Shown here: one piece after another, positions 11,930-25,899 of the stretch
Layout: each line of letters begins with the position of its first letter
Position numbering within the stretch: the stretch's first letter is position 1
DNA from: Octopus sinensis
Lineage: Eukaryota
Length of the DNA stretch: 64,000 nucleotides
Direction: 5' to 3'
Assembly: GCF_006345805.1 (NCBI RefSeq)
Contig: NC_043006.1
Span: forward strand, 62,868,001 to 62,932,000
Program-made: the position numbers and the translations under genes
Notes under the pieces: model-generated
Database searches by the model: none
The model's input: the letters and a program-made list of their open reading frames with translations, nothing else
Told to the model about the DNA's origin: nothing

Positions 11930-12519
11930 TATGTAAAGATATGTATATATTTGTATTATGTAAAGATATGTATATATTTATGATATGTACATATGTATAT
12001 ACAAACAAATATATGTATATGTACACATTTATCTGTATTTGTACGTATGTATGTGTTTATATATATAAAAACAAAAATGTACCCCGATATTTTCTCGTTC
12101 ACTGCTTATGCCATGGAGCTGCATAAGGTTACATACTGTTATTTCATGTTGTTTTCATATATTTTAATTTAATGCAGCAGAATATATGATACAAATGTAA
12201 AACGTAATCGTTGGCTATAAAATAGAATGGGATAAAATGCTTCTATTCTGATGGGTTTTTGGGGGGTTTTTTTGAGTGGGGGGATCGAAATATCGATATT
12301 TATGAAAACAGGGTACAGGTAAGTGGGCCGAAAATAAGATAGCTATATCTACATGTAGGTGTAATGTATGCGAGTTGAGTGTGTGTGTGCGTGTGTGTGT
12401 GAGTATATGTGTGTGTCTGTGTGTGTAGATGTATCCTCGCATTTTTCGTTCAGATGACATTCAAAAGAAAATATCAAAACGAGTTTAAATTTCTTTTAAA
12501 TCTTCAAGCGTGACTGTAT

Positions 12520-13020
12520 GCTCAGAAGTTTACTTCCGAGCTACCTTGGGCAAGTGGCTTCTACTATAGCCCGGTGCGGACTAAAGCTTTGTGAGTGGAT
12601 AGGGAGACTGTAGCTTTAAAAAGAAGCTGAGGCGTGGGTGTATGGTGAAACGTTTGCTCCATGGCCACAGAGCTCTGAAGTAGAGGTGCGTGAATTAGTG
12701 ATTAGGGTGTTGGACTTATGATCGTAAAATTGTTACTTCGATTTCTGGATCTGGTGATGCATTGTGTTCTTGAGCAAAGCACTTCAATTCACATTGCTCC
12801 AGTCCACTCAGCTGAGAAAAATGAATAATCCTGCAACGGACCAGTTGCAATGTAAACCGGGAAACCGGCCCTTCTGTATAGGCATGACACGTGAACGAAA
12901 TTTTACCTACCTTTACGTGGTTCTTTGTTCAGTCTCACTGCGTGGTACTTTGTGCAAGTGTTATCTGCTATTGCCCTCGGGGTGGATTTGGGAGATAGAA
13001 ACTGAAAGAAACCCATCGTG

Positions 13021-13022
<2 letters not shown>
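12520..13022 (+). mobile_element. Cluster of three SINE fragments, including one with a conserved central domain (gtgttcttgagcaaagcactt...ttgctccagtccactcagctg)
   Basis: Segments match other SINE copies in the window; tRNA-like head at about 12675. Confidence 0.65.
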
Positions 13023-13061
<39 letters not shown>

Positions 13062-13269
13062 GCTAATATATATACATATATATATAATATATATATATAT
13101 ATACATTATATATACATATATACATATATGTATATATATACACATAAATATATATATGTGTGTGTGAGTATGCGTGTGTATGTGCGTGTGCGTGTATGTG
13201 TGTATATAATTGTATACATGTATGTATGTATTTATGTACGTGTCTCTTCTATTTTTTATTGATTATAAA

Positions 13270-13700
13270 TCTTCCACTGAGGAGAGAGCCGGTTTCTAAC
13301 GAAGGTACAAGGTTCCACCTTTGGGATGTAGTTTTGCATATTTTTGCTGTTCCACTCACAGATTGCACTGTACGAATTAGCCGGTCGATTTCTCTTTCTG
13401 AAAATCTCAGTTTATTCAAATTCTCCTTTAGGCATTTACTAACAAAACCTAGTGCTCCAATTTTTATTGGTATGAATATGAATTTATAGTCTGGATATAA
13501 ATGCTAGAGGTTTCGAAGCAGTTGTTAATAGATATCCTGTTTTCTTTAATTTTCAAAGAGATATGAATATATCTGCAGGACAGCTGACCTCTAGGATAGT
13601 ACATACCTTTGCTCCTTTGTCCCAAACAACAATATCCAGCCATTTATGTTTACATTTGACAGAAGTTTTGATGGGAATATTCCACCAATATTCCTACAGT
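13270..13700 (-). mobile_element. RLE-type non-LTR retrotransposon 3' end (CRE-like, tentative)
   Basis: Minus frame VCTILEVSCPADI...LYPDYKFIFIPIKIGALGFVSKCL...SVSGTAKICKT. Confidence 0.7.
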
Positions 13701-14403
13701 TGATTTATGCATATATGTACGTACGGATGTATATATGTATGTATGTACGGATGGATGGATGGATGGATGGATGGATTGATGGATGGATGGAATTCAGTGT
13801 GCCTTTGTATTGCTCAAAAATTAATATTGGTTTGGTTATGTTCCTGTAACATTGCGGTCCGGCAAAAAGATATCGACAAAATGATTGCCACACTCTAAAA
13901 ATAAATAATAATACGTACTTGGGGCGTGGTTGCAGTCTGGCGGCTGAAACGGTTAGAAGAAGGGTTTTGACAGGAGATAAATGAAAAAAACAGTACTTTT
14001 CGTTGTGTTGGAATACCGTATATCTGTGTGTATAATCTAGTTTGTTTCGTTTTCTGTTTTCAGTTTTCGAAAGCTGTCTTAAACCTATCACTTAGTCGAA
14101 AAACTATATTTTTTCCTTTTCCATATTTCATTTGTTTTCATATCACTATTTTGTATCCTAACTCTATTTTATGTTTTTGTTTGCTGGTAATGCTTTTTCA
14201 CCTATACCCTGCCATGCTATCGACCCTTCCAAGTCTCATACTTTTTGCGATTCTCTAGACTTTAGGTTCAATTTTGGTCATGTCAACTAAGTATTTCACC
14301 CTGACAGAATGAACCACATGATCATCATTGAAACTAACGGAAGAAACTATGATTAACATGCACACAGACGTAAACACCTCTGTGTGTGTGTGTGTGTGTG
14401 TGT

Positions 14404-14700
14404 GTACGTGATCTGATCAATAAGATCTAGATAGTTGCCATATAACGAAGCTAAAGCACGCAGAATGAAGCCGGTTGGTATAGAGTGACTTTGAAATCTG
14501 CCGTGCATGCGCTCTAACTTTTACCATTCTAGCTCACTTCTACTGTTTACAGCAGTTCTTCGAAGTTACGTGTGTAACATGTGATCGATATGACACAGAA
14601 AGTTAAGCAGAGTATCTGCATCGAATTTTGTCAAAAGCTTAGCGATACCTGCTCTGAAGCTCAATCAAAATCTTCAAAAAGTTTTCATCGACACAATTAA
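14404..14700 (+). mobile_element. Mariner 5' end and transposase N-terminus
   Basis: Starts tacgtgatctgatcaataag; encodes MTQKVKQSICIEFCQKLSDTCSEA from about 14590. Confidence 0.6.
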
Positions 14701-14714
14701 GATCTTGTGCAACT

Positions 14715-15075
14715 GAAACCCGAGTGCCCTTTTGGTCAGCTGAAAGCAGTTTGGGCACAAACTTGGCAGACACGCGTCTCATATCCTAATCTTAAGTAAT
14801 AATGGACTGAACCATAACTAATCTGCACATCCTCTGAGAACTCACGGATGGTGATTTGACGATTTCTCCTCACAGCTGCACGCACATCTGCGATGGTTTC
14901 TTCAGTTCTACTTGTTGTGCGTCTTCCAGAACCTTCGTCAATATCGACATATTTTCGACCATCTTGGAAACATCTGAAACACTTGTACTCTTGTGCGCGA
15001 CTGATACACTCCTCTCCATGCACTTACTGCAACTCTGAGTAACAGTTCTTGTGATATTTTTGCTGGATTTTAAAA
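14715..15075 (-). mobile_element. Mariner transposase HTH fragment
   Basis: ORF 14736-15023: HGEECISRAQEYKCFRCFQDGR...SGRRTTSRTEE...RQITIREFSEDVQISYGSV, then a frameshifted MRRVSAKFVPKLLS. Confidence 0.85.
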
Positions 15076-15459
15076 AGCATATTACTCTACCTCTGGTATT
15101 CGACTACTAATTTTCCCACCTTGTTTCGCATTTATGTGACTACTCTGGTATATACATATATATGTACATATATATGTGCATATGTATATACACGTATAAA
15201 CTCAGTTGTATATATATATATATATATGTGTGTGCGCACATGTACATAGGTGAGTTAATATTTTCAGTATTAACTTTGTTTGCCAGTGTTTACAAATATC
15301 ACAGAAAACAAAAATTTACCAGGGTGCCAAAAATTGACACAAGTAACAAGGACGTAGCAGGTTCCGGTGATATGTCTTGTATACATATATATATATATAT
15401 ATACATACACACATATATATATATATATATATACATACACACACATATATATATATATT

Positions 15460-15508
<49 letters not shown>

Positions 15509-15529
15509 TAATATGTATGTGTGTGTGTA

Positions 15530-15745
15530 TGTATCGTGTTACTGTGTGTGTATCCCCTCCATCGCTTGACAACCGACGTAGCTGTGTTTAAGTCTCCGTA
15601 ACTTAGCTCTTTATCAAAACAATCCGATACAATAAGTACTAGGCTTACAATGAATAAATTCTGGGGTGATTTCTTCGACTAAAGGCGGTGCTCCAGTATG
15701 ACTGCTGTCACATCACCGAAACAAGTACAACAATAAAAGCTATGC
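15530..15745 (+). mobile_element. tRNA-derived SINE 3' half
   Basis: catcgcttgacaaccgac...aataagtactaggcttaca...cgactaaaggcggtgctccagtatg. Confidence 0.8.
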
Positions 15746-15818
15746 AATTTTAATACCGAGCAACCCCTGGGATCTCTGCTAGTATACATATATATACATA
15801 CATACATATACACACACG

Positions 15819-15857
<39 letters not shown>

Positions 15858-16034
15858 GTATGTATGTATGTATGTTTGCCAGTGTTTACAAATATCACAG
15901 AAAAAATAAATAAAAAATTTACCAGTGTAGCAAAAAGTCACATAATTAACAAGGGTTAACAGCCTATTTATTAAGGTAGAAACTCCAGGTTTAGGTGAAA
16001 TGTCTTGCATAATTTAGATAAATAAATAAATGGA

Positions 16035-16543
16035 GTTAAACCCTGGTGTTATTCTAATTCTTTTACTTCCGACATATGCTTCGAAGACAACGCTGGTATT
16101 ATTTCAAAAAGAATATAATGGTGTAAAACAATGCAGTCTTCCCATCAGGGAAAGAAAGATACCAAACACATCAATAAGACATTTTTACAGAATCTAATGG
16201 ATGCATATATGATGAAGGTAACGCTATCAATTCTTTTATTGTTTTAACCGTTAGTGGATATAACGTCAAGGGTAGTTTATAGAAGGAGAAGGAAGAGAAA
16301 GGAAGAAAGAAATTAGCAGAAAACTAATAGTGGAGAGATATATTGAGCGATAGGGGAATTAGAATAAAGCCTAAAGGAATGGAAGTAGATATATTTAATG
16401 GAAGAGCTATGTAAAAAGACAATCAAAAGTAAAACGGTAGAAATCACTTATAGGAACTAAAGGTGTGTTTCTGGAATAATTCCAATGTTGTCTTCGAAAC
16501 ATAGGTCGAAAGTAAAATAATTTCATCAACACCTGGTTTTAAC
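16035..16543. repeat. Diverged ~76-bp inverted repeat (16035-16110 / 16468-16543)
   Basis: gttaaaccctggtgtt...ttacttccgacatatgcttcgaagacaacgctgg versus the reverse complement of the right arm. Confidence 0.75.
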
Positions 16544-16546
16544 TCT

Positions 16547-16631
<85 letters not shown>

Positions 16632-16697
16632 ATATATATATAATATATATATATATGTATGTATATATATATATATATGTATATATATAATAGGTTG

Positions 16698-16800
<103 letters not shown>

Positions 16801-17317
16801 AAGACATAGAAAATGGAGAAGTATGATTAACAGCACTTGACTTACATCAATTATTATTTAATGCAAATTATTCTTCAGTCTGATGAAGCTCCTTGTTTCA
16901 GATTGGTTATATTACCAAATATGTTTAATATTTTTACATATTTTCAAAATCAATGGCAATACCATATAAGATTAGAACCAGAAACATATCTTACATGGGA
17001 TGCAATCTATTTGCATTGAATTAATAAATAATAATTTATGTAAGTAAATTTCTGTTATTCACTATTTCATCTTTTTCAGTTTTCTTTAAATTTTGATTCT
17101 CGATAAACCTATATTTATCTTTGTCTTAACCGATAACTTATAACCTATATATTTGCATATGTACGTACATGGTTAGATATATGATATACGTAATATATCG
17201 GTAGTGTAATGGATACTTCTATCCCTTGATTTATTAATCAACATATTAACCAACAATTCTTTCATTTCTCAGTTAAGGTTAAAATTACAAAACCTATACA
17301 TACATATATATATATGT

Positions 17318-17516
17318 GACCTCGTGAAGACCACTTGCATTTTTTTCCCTCTGTCCTCCCACCTCGGGATCTTTCTTTCTCCTATGCTTCCGACGAAGAG
17401 CTCCGCTCGAAACGTCATACCCTCCTTTTCCCCCTTCTTTCCTGAGCGCCCAATAATACTTTATTTGTTCCACATCCTCGCGTTGTTGTCTTTTTGTTTT
17501 CTTGTTGGATTAACTT

Positions 17517-17520
<4 letters not shown>
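17318..17520 (+). mobile_element. Short PLE-derived element with an HHR-like motif (CCGACGA core at 17390)
   Basis: ccgacgaagagctccgctcgaaacgtc; same family as 61262-61400. Confidence 0.65.
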
Positions 17521-17552
<32 letters not shown>

Positions 17553-17699
17553 ATATATATTCTTTGAATAAACTTCCAAAATAGCCATGAGATAAGAGTA
17601 GTCTAACAATGTATCCATAACTTTTGTAATTCATAACTTTGAGTTGCTGTTCATGCAGTTTCACTGCACATTAACAATTAATGCCCTTTGAAACATAAG

Positions 17700-18950
17700 A
17701 ACTGTCGTCGATCAAACAAATCAATTTTACTATTGTGAATACTCTAAAGCTATATAGCGGCTAATGGATTTCACATTACTATGCCACTAATCCGCTAATG
17801 TTCTTCTGGAAACTGACCACGAATACAGCACCAGTGTAGGGACTCTTCAGCATCTCAACAGAAAACTATTATTGTTTTTAATATAATTATTAATATTAAT
17901 GTTATTATAATTATCAAGATAATCACTTGAACGTTTGACAAAAAGGAGCTACTTTCATTTAATTATATCCTTTTATATTTGATGATTGGACAAACTAAAT
18001 CCCTGTTAAGTTCTCTTACACAGAATGTGTGCATTTGCGCCTATGTTAGAATTTAATTACCTGATAGATAACAAGTAGATTGTGAGTAATTTCGCTATTA
18101 GCTATTCCCAGCTCAAGCATGGGTTGACCCAGAAGTAAGCATCGGCTTTACTATCACGAGCTTATAGTCTGATATACAAATATGTGAGACAGTTTTAAGT
18201 AACACGTCCTGCTCTTATGTAAGACAGTATTGAGGGTGATTTATCTGCATATCGACTGGACACGCAGAATTACAGAGACTGGTTCCAGCACTACCACAGT
18301 TGTTGCTTTGCCGCAGCATTACCTGATCAAGTACTTTCCGGCTGTGACCATCCTCCGTTATTTTTCCTATGTGCAGTTAAGCAAATATTATATTATCCAC
18401 AATGTACTATTCTATCACGGTAAAGTGTAACTTGCACGGGACTTGGCCACTATTTCTAACGTGGTAAACTACCAAATGCAGACTTCATTCGAGTTTTCAT
18501 ATGTTTAACCTCTTGATAGTAATAACGGCGATCTTTGTTGAAGTAGAGATGGTAATAGTATTACCAGACTAGAGTGGAGTTTATTTCTGATGTCGGTAGG
18601 CGATCTGCACCCGATTAAATAACGGCAATGATTGTGGTGGTGGTAGCGACGGCAGCGCTGGTGGCGGTGATATGGGCGGCGGTGGTGGTGATGTTACTGG
18701 CTTTAATTCGTAGACCGCTTTGATAATAGTGGTGATATATAGTAATTGTGTGGATTGTGCGAATGCTTATATGGGTGGGTTTAGGGATGCAGATATTTAT
18801 GGGCAGCTTTTTACTTGTAGTAGCAGTAGTGTTGTGTTTATACTTATGGTCGTACTTTGACGTTGGTCTTATTATAATGTCGATGACATTGCAGCTGATA
18901 TTCTGAAAATGTGATGATTGTTGTTGTAGTGGTGGTAGTAGTGGTTATGA
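17700..18950 (-). mobile_element. Very decayed Hydra-group-like PLE fragment
   Basis: Minus frames give YNKTNVKV, SACPVD and NIGANAHILC traces across many stops. Confidence 0.3.
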
Positions 18951-20753
18951 TGCAGACATTAGTGATGTTGGTGGGGCAGGTGGTGATGATGGTGGTGGTA
19001 ATAGTGACAGTGGTTGTTTTGTCTCATAGAGAAGTTAGTCTGTTAGCGCAATGGATAAGGGTGGTTGTTATTGGTATTATTATTGTTGTTGTTGTTGTTG
19101 TTGTTGCTTAGCCACAAGTTAACCCTCATTGAATAAACTTATGAAGAAAGCATTCTCGATACAATTGTTACTTATCATTTACATGCATGTCAATCTTGCG
19201 TCAATTGCTTTATGATAGTTAGAGCATCTTCCTATAGTCATTGTCATTTCTTTCGTAGTCCCCAAAATATTGAGGCCTGTTTTATTATTTGTTGCTTGAC
19301 GCCTTTCAATTAAAAGAAAATACTTTTTATATACTTTTCATGTCCTATTTTGTAGGCCCTTTTTTAAATGGTAGAAAATGTTTTGGGGGTAATGTGGTGA
19401 CTTTTCCTAGGAGCGTTGTTGTTGTTGTTCTTCTTCTTCTTCTTCCTATTCTTCTTCTCCTTTTAGTTAGTTAGCCGTATGTTAATGCTGACCTAGCAAG
19501 TCTCTAATCAAAGGCAGCTTTTCCTTTTCTCGTACATTTATTTCGAACACTGTATTATCCTTGTCTTATCAAGTTTTTCAGTGCAGTTTGTAGAATATTT
19601 CGTAGTTATTTAAAGCAGGTCGAGCAAACTAACACCGGGAGCTTCCTCACTAAGGGGTGTTTTGAGTTCTTGGAATTGTTATATTTCAGCCAAACGGGAT
19701 GGTGAGATTTTATGCCAGTTCTGAAGAGCTTCTGAGAGTGAAAGGAGGGAAGCACCCTCAAATCGAAAATGCCACTAACAGAGTGAATTCTGCTAAATGC
19801 ACCCAACACTACAGATGGTAATTTTAACCAGTCTTCCAATCAAATATACTACAACGGAATTCGAGCTCAGAAGGAAAGAAGAAAGAAATACTGCAAGATA
19901 TCCAGTTCGAAAGTGTTACAAATCTGCCAATCTAACTCCCTTGATAGTCACATAGTTTATCGATGAGCGTGAAGTTGATTTCAGCAACATTCGAACTAGG
20001 ATCACACAGCATCAGAATAAAGGCCAGGTGGTATTCTTTCCGACGCTCGCCCAACGCTACCAATTCGCTGCCTATTTTAAGGTGGAGTTGATAATTCCTG
20101 TATTAGTAATGATAGCGGTTTATTTGTTGGTGGCGTTGTCGATGATGACGTAGACTTGACACTGCTATAAATGTTGATAAATATGCTTTTCTTCTATATT
20201 GCAAAATTTCTAATTGCTATTCTGTTAGATAAGAAATTAGTGAGAGAATTTCCTTTATAGGAATCTGAAAATATATACGTAATCGCTTGATGCATTGTGT
20301 AAGTGGAATTCTACGCTGACTTGGAAGATACATGCATACAGCACACAGATGTTTCATTACGGAAAGTGGTAAAAAGATTGCAACCTGTCTAATCATATAA
20401 TAGACATTGGCATTTTCTGCTATCGATAATGTCACCTAATCTCATGCTTTAACTGGAGATCTATAAGTCGATAAATGAGTAAAATATTCGAGTTTATATA
20501 TCCCTAGTCGCCTTTCTCCTCTTCCACACACACACACACTCTCTCTCTCTCTCTCACACGTTTTACAAACGAATTTATATATCTATCTGTCTATCTAACT
20601 GTATACATATACATATATATATATATATATAATATATATATAATATAATATAATATAATATAATTGTATCATTATATCTCCATGTATACGTGTAGATATG
20701 GAGGCATATATGCACGTTTACATATTGCACAGAGTTCCTTTTACATTCTGTAC

Positions 20754-20808
<55 letters not shown>

Positions 20809-21559
20809 ATATATATATAACAAAAGAGGAGGTGTATTTCCACGCAGGAAAAGTATAAGATAATTTGTTGTTGAAAATTCACCTAAATATGTAAAACTCC
20901 TAATTGTTTTTAAATAATTTTATTTACATATATACCAAACTAGTTTCAACAAAATATCTTTTGTTTATCAATGGTAAAAATTTAGAATTATGAATTTTTT
21001 TTTAATGTTTAAAATCATCAATGTTGACAAGTTTGAATGTTCATAACAGCCAAATTTATAATTATGAATTAGAAAACCATGTTTAAAAGTTTCAATGTTG
21101 ACAAGTTTAAATGTTCATTACAGTCAAAAATGCAAAAACTATGGATCAACTTCTTTATATGTATAAAATTCAATAATGTTAGTAATGGTGGACAAGAAAT
21201 GAATATCATCACAGTTTCAGTCATACTGAATTAAGGAGAAAAACAAGGGAGAAATGAAGATAGTAAAAAAAGGGATTTGGTTTACAGTTTCATTCATGCT
21301 CTTTCGTCGTGTGCAGGAACTTTTGCTGCTGTATTTTTTGGAATACGGTGTATTTATAATTTTTTCCGCGAACGGATCTGATTTTTGATCAGTTAAAATA
21401 CTGGTGACGTCTTATTTTTCAGTTGTTCAAGTTTGTCGTAGACTCTTGCTCGAAAATCTCTTGAGGAGTAATGATGATAACGGAGTTGTAGGTCTTGTGA
21501 TATTCTTTATTTCCTACGTTCCGGGAAAGCAAACTTTCTGTCCAAAGTCACAATTATTA

Positions 21560-22130
21560 AGGCATTATGACTAAAAGAAACTCTTAAAATATTTGTGGCC
21601 ACAACAGCGATAGATTTATAAAGGATTTGATAGGAATATTTAAGAAGTTTGGCATAATCATAATTACTGGCTCCCAATTTACTAGATATAAAACTTGCTT
21701 CAACAGACAGAGATTCCTCGTAGGCAAAATAAGAAAGCTATATCACTTCAAAAAACTTAACCTCAGCCATAATTAAAAGCATTGTAGCCTGAATAATTAT
21801 CCTTGGAGAGGGATATTCTTAACAATGGAGCTCCCTACTACAACGAGAATCACGTTGATACAGCGAGAAGTTTGTTTACACGGATTGCAACTAATCTACG
21901 CTTCGTCACTGGAGACTCAGGAATATAAGTATGATTTTATTTAATACTCCACATTACTCGAACGTAACCATAAGCATGACCAGAGATTCCTGATTATGTC
22001 TGTATGGAAACACTTTCCGACCACTCATTAATACAACAAATTATTCAATAATCCCAATGATAAGATCATTTATACTTGCCTGAGCAGCAATGCTTTACAT
22101 ATCACATCACTACCAAAATAATATATTAGC
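21560..22130 (+). mobile_element. Hydra-group-like PLE RT/thumb fragment
   Basis: DRFIKDLIGIFKKFG, NNGAPYYNE, RNISMILFNTPHYSNV, KHFPTTH*YNKLFN. Confidence 0.7.
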
Positions 22131-22249
22131 CCCCAAATCTGATGGTCGGAACTTTTGTCTGTTGAAATGTTTCTGCCCTTCCAAAGGAGTTATCTATCGT
22201 CCATCCATACTTACCCCTAGATGACACTAAAAAGAATAACTATTAACAT

Positions 22250-22600
22250 TTCCTAGGGTTGCTACAATCGGTGTCTTCAATCTCTTGGATGAAAGAACAG
22301 GGAAAATATTTCATGTGGGAACCCAGGGTCTGACTATCCAAACATTTTTCAATAAGATGGGCGCTTCAACACGTCACGAAATTGCCCATCTTGCCTAAGT
22401 GAGATGTTCCAGATATTGAAGCAGACAACGATATTCTCAGCATGAGATCCGAAAAACTATCGACTGGAGAGTTTGCAGATACCAAACTATTCCTGCACGT
22501 ATGATATAATTTCATAGATTTTCCGTCCGACGGACAGCACTGAGACGGCTAGCCATAATCATTCACAAGACAATATGTAAGAGATCATAAATATGGCACG
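22250..22600 (+). mobile_element. CR1/L2-like LINE RT fragment
   Basis: DPKNYR and FRPTDSTETA motifs in decayed frames. Confidence 0.4.
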
Positions 22601-24391
22601 TGTGTGAAACACTGAGTAGCATGGAGTGAATCATGAATATATAGCATTTCTTATATGCTCTGCATTATATATGAAATAATGTATCTGTAGATAGAGATAA
22701 AATTGTATATGGGTATGTATATGCGCACATGCATGTGTTTGTGCTTGGCCATGCGTATGTGTACGCGCGCATGTGTGTGTTGGCGTAATACTTCAGTATA
22801 GAATATCACATTCATTAGAATTTTTAAAAAAACTACCTAACAATCTCCACGTAACCGTTACTGTAGCATCCATGAATCATTTCTATACCGCAGGGAAACA
22901 GGAAAGATTTTATAGTTTGGGCCCATAACTGTTTGTACCAAATTGTATTAACGTGACTGTAAACAATGTACAATAAAATCATCAAAATAAAAATTGATGT
23001 AAATACGATAAATCATGAGAGTAACAGACGATTAATTTCTATTGTGCTTTATGCATTGTACAAGTCTTCAAAGAAGATTCTTTGTGTTTTTATTGCTTAA
23101 TCGCAACAGGAGAATTGATTGCATTATGGTCTTTGTAATGGGAAACAAGCAATACTAATGCTCTTCAATACACCAAGTTTTGTTTTGTATTTTGTTTGTT
23201 TGTTTTTTTCATCAGAAGGGAGACCAGGTTTGAACGCCTCCAACATCGTAAATTCTGATGAAGGCAAAAAAAAGACTAGGTTATAGTGCAAACCTGGGTG
23301 ACCGATAAAATCTGCAATTCATAAGCCGATGCAATATATCCCACGGATTTCTCCAATTTCCGTCAACTCATTATCATCCAAAACGCTGGGTCATCTCTTA
23401 TCTTTAACGAAGGCTCTTCTTTCAACGAGATGGTTTTGAAATTAGCTGCTCGCGTGTAAGGATTGAACTACTTAACAATTCCTCTATGCTCGCACAGTGC
23501 TGGTTGGTATTACATATCAAGTTCTAGTACGAAAATTGGTTTTATCAATAACAAATTGATTAATAACAAACAATGATGTAACAAGTATAAACTCTGAAAG
23601 CATAAAACAAAAAGTATTATGTGGTGTAATAACAGAAAAATTAAGTAACAGATTTCCAATATATAATATATTTTTGTATTAGAAATAGGTAAGCAGGGCT
23701 GAATTACAACGTGGAGGTATAGATGTGCTTTAAGCAAGTCGCTAAGCACGCCTAAATCTCGCCCCGCATGAGCTGAAGCCTTAATAAATATGAGAGAAAA
23801 AGGTGACCTATGACGTGGGGCCGATATTGGGCTCAAAGAAATTGTGATTTAATCCAGCAAAAGAGTATACAAGTTCACAAGGGGCAAACCTTTCAACCGG
23901 AGATGTCTATCCGATGGACTTCCACTTAGTTTATGCATCTGTGTATGTGATTGTGTGTGAGTGTGGGTGTAGTTGTGCGCACATGCGCGTGTGTACGTGT
24001 GCGCGCACGTCTATGTGTGAGTCTGCATGTGTGAAAAATGACATCATTTAACCACACTGCGCCTTCGTATACACATCAAGTTGTACATACACAAGTGTGT
24101 TTATGTATGTTTATGCGCATATATATATATATATATATATTTATTTATTTATATATAAACATATATATGTAATATTATATTTATGCGGATGAATATATCT
24201 TCGTCTTATGTATATACGTATATAGATGTATAGAGAGAGCAAATGGCTAAGGTTAATTGAGTGCGAATTTGGTGTATTTCCAGAGAAGCACTCAACCCGA
24301 ACTTTTCCATAGATTTCTAATGTCTTTTTATCGTACATTATTTACGAGTTTTTAAATCGTATAGGTATGAAAGTATGTCAGCAAATAATCA

Positions 24392-25212
24392 ATATAAGAC
24401 TTTATTAAACAAAGTTCAATAAATTTTACCGAATAAATGAAATAAAGCAAATTGGATTTTAAAATGGATTATTCTTTAATTTCATAATCCTAGACAACTG
24501 TTTCTGACAAAAAAGGACCGAGATTTCTATAAAGAAAACATCACAAATGTTGAATTTGTACTCTTCAGTAGGTGAGCTTTAAATGAAAATAAACGAAAAG
24601 ATGTTTAAAATATACATTGAATAGTTTCTTAGTTATCATTATATACGTATTTGTATATTTATTTTCCCACTCAGGATAATTTAAATCTAATAGTTAATTC
24701 TTGACTTTCTCACTATGAAACCCGATAAATATATATTTAAAAAGCTCCCTAGCAAAAGCACTGGTCAAGATATATGTGTTTGTACGTTTAGAAGTACCAA
24801 ATAAGGAGCTATATGTTATTTCAAATTCGTGTTTAAATATTTCTTCACCGTCATCTATCATACCTACTATGTTTTTAAGTAAATTCGATGTTAGAAATAC
24901 CAAGGGAGGTTTATATAGATTTTATTTTTTGTATTTAAGCATTTCAGAGAAGTCAATAATCGATAGACAATATAGGTATTATATGTTGCATTAATTATCT
25001 AAAAACTGCTAGATATATTTAAAGTATGAAACTTACGAAATACAAACTCGTGTAAACATGTATTTAAAGGGGACCACTTACGTGATTGTCGTAATGTCTT
25101 TTTTTAAATAAAAACATATTTTTTATTATTTCCTCGTTATACTTTGAAGTAAAAGGATAATCCATTTTAACATCCCAATTTGTTGAACTTTGTTTAATAA
25201 ATTAAGTCTTAT

Positions 25213-25214
<2 letters not shown>
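24392..25214. mobile_element. MITE-like element with ~34-bp terminal inverted repeats
   Basis: atataagactttattaaacaaagttcaataaatt (24392-24425) versus aatttgttgaactttgtttaataa(atta)agtcttatat (25177-25214); non-coding interior. Confidence 0.55.
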
Positions 25215-25284
<70 letters not shown>

Positions 25285-25292
25285 ATAAGACT

Positions 25293-25294
<2 letters not shown>
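25203..25294. repeat. Perfect 92-bp palindrome: 14-bp arms around (AT)n
   Basis: taagtcttatatcg-(AT)n-cgatataagactta. Confidence 0.95.
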
Positions 25295-25333
<39 letters not shown>

Positions 25334-25899
25334 TATAGAGCAAATGGCTAACGCCAATTGGGTGTGAATTTGGGGTATTTCCAGAGAAGCACTCGACCCG
25401 AATACTGGGATATCAACACTATCGGGATCCAAGCCAAAGCTGGAATGCTTCTGGTGTAGGTTTGGCGAAGAGTAAATAATTCAATGCAAACTAGAAGACG
25501 AAGAAAATTCTTTAACACATCATTAATTATAAGTTACAAATGTTTCCGTACCATCTCACCGCATTATTTAATTGAGGTGGGTTATTGCGGATTGTGCTAT
25601 TGCTAATATGTGGGATAATTTGGGGTGCAGTTGTTGTTCAGAGGATTGGTGTTGGAGTTTGCGTTAGTGCGAGGAGACAATTATATATCCTAAATTAGTT
25701 GTAGGAGATTTTCACAGGGGATTTAAAGGCAGGATAGTATTTATATTGTGGTGGAAAATTAGATTTTAGAATTTAAAAGAAGAGTTTAGGTAGAGATTTC
25801 ATTTGCAGAGAGAAGGGTGGTGCAAATCAAAAGATTTCCCATTACCTGGCTTTAGATTACTTAGGGTGTATGGTTGAAGTGAATATGTGTATACACATA

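Larger units (their letters stand above)
24236..25402 (+). repeat. 66-bp diverged direct repeats (24236-24301 / 25337-25402)
   Basis: agagcaaatggctaa...tatttccagagaagcactc(a/g)acccga. Confidence 0.85.
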
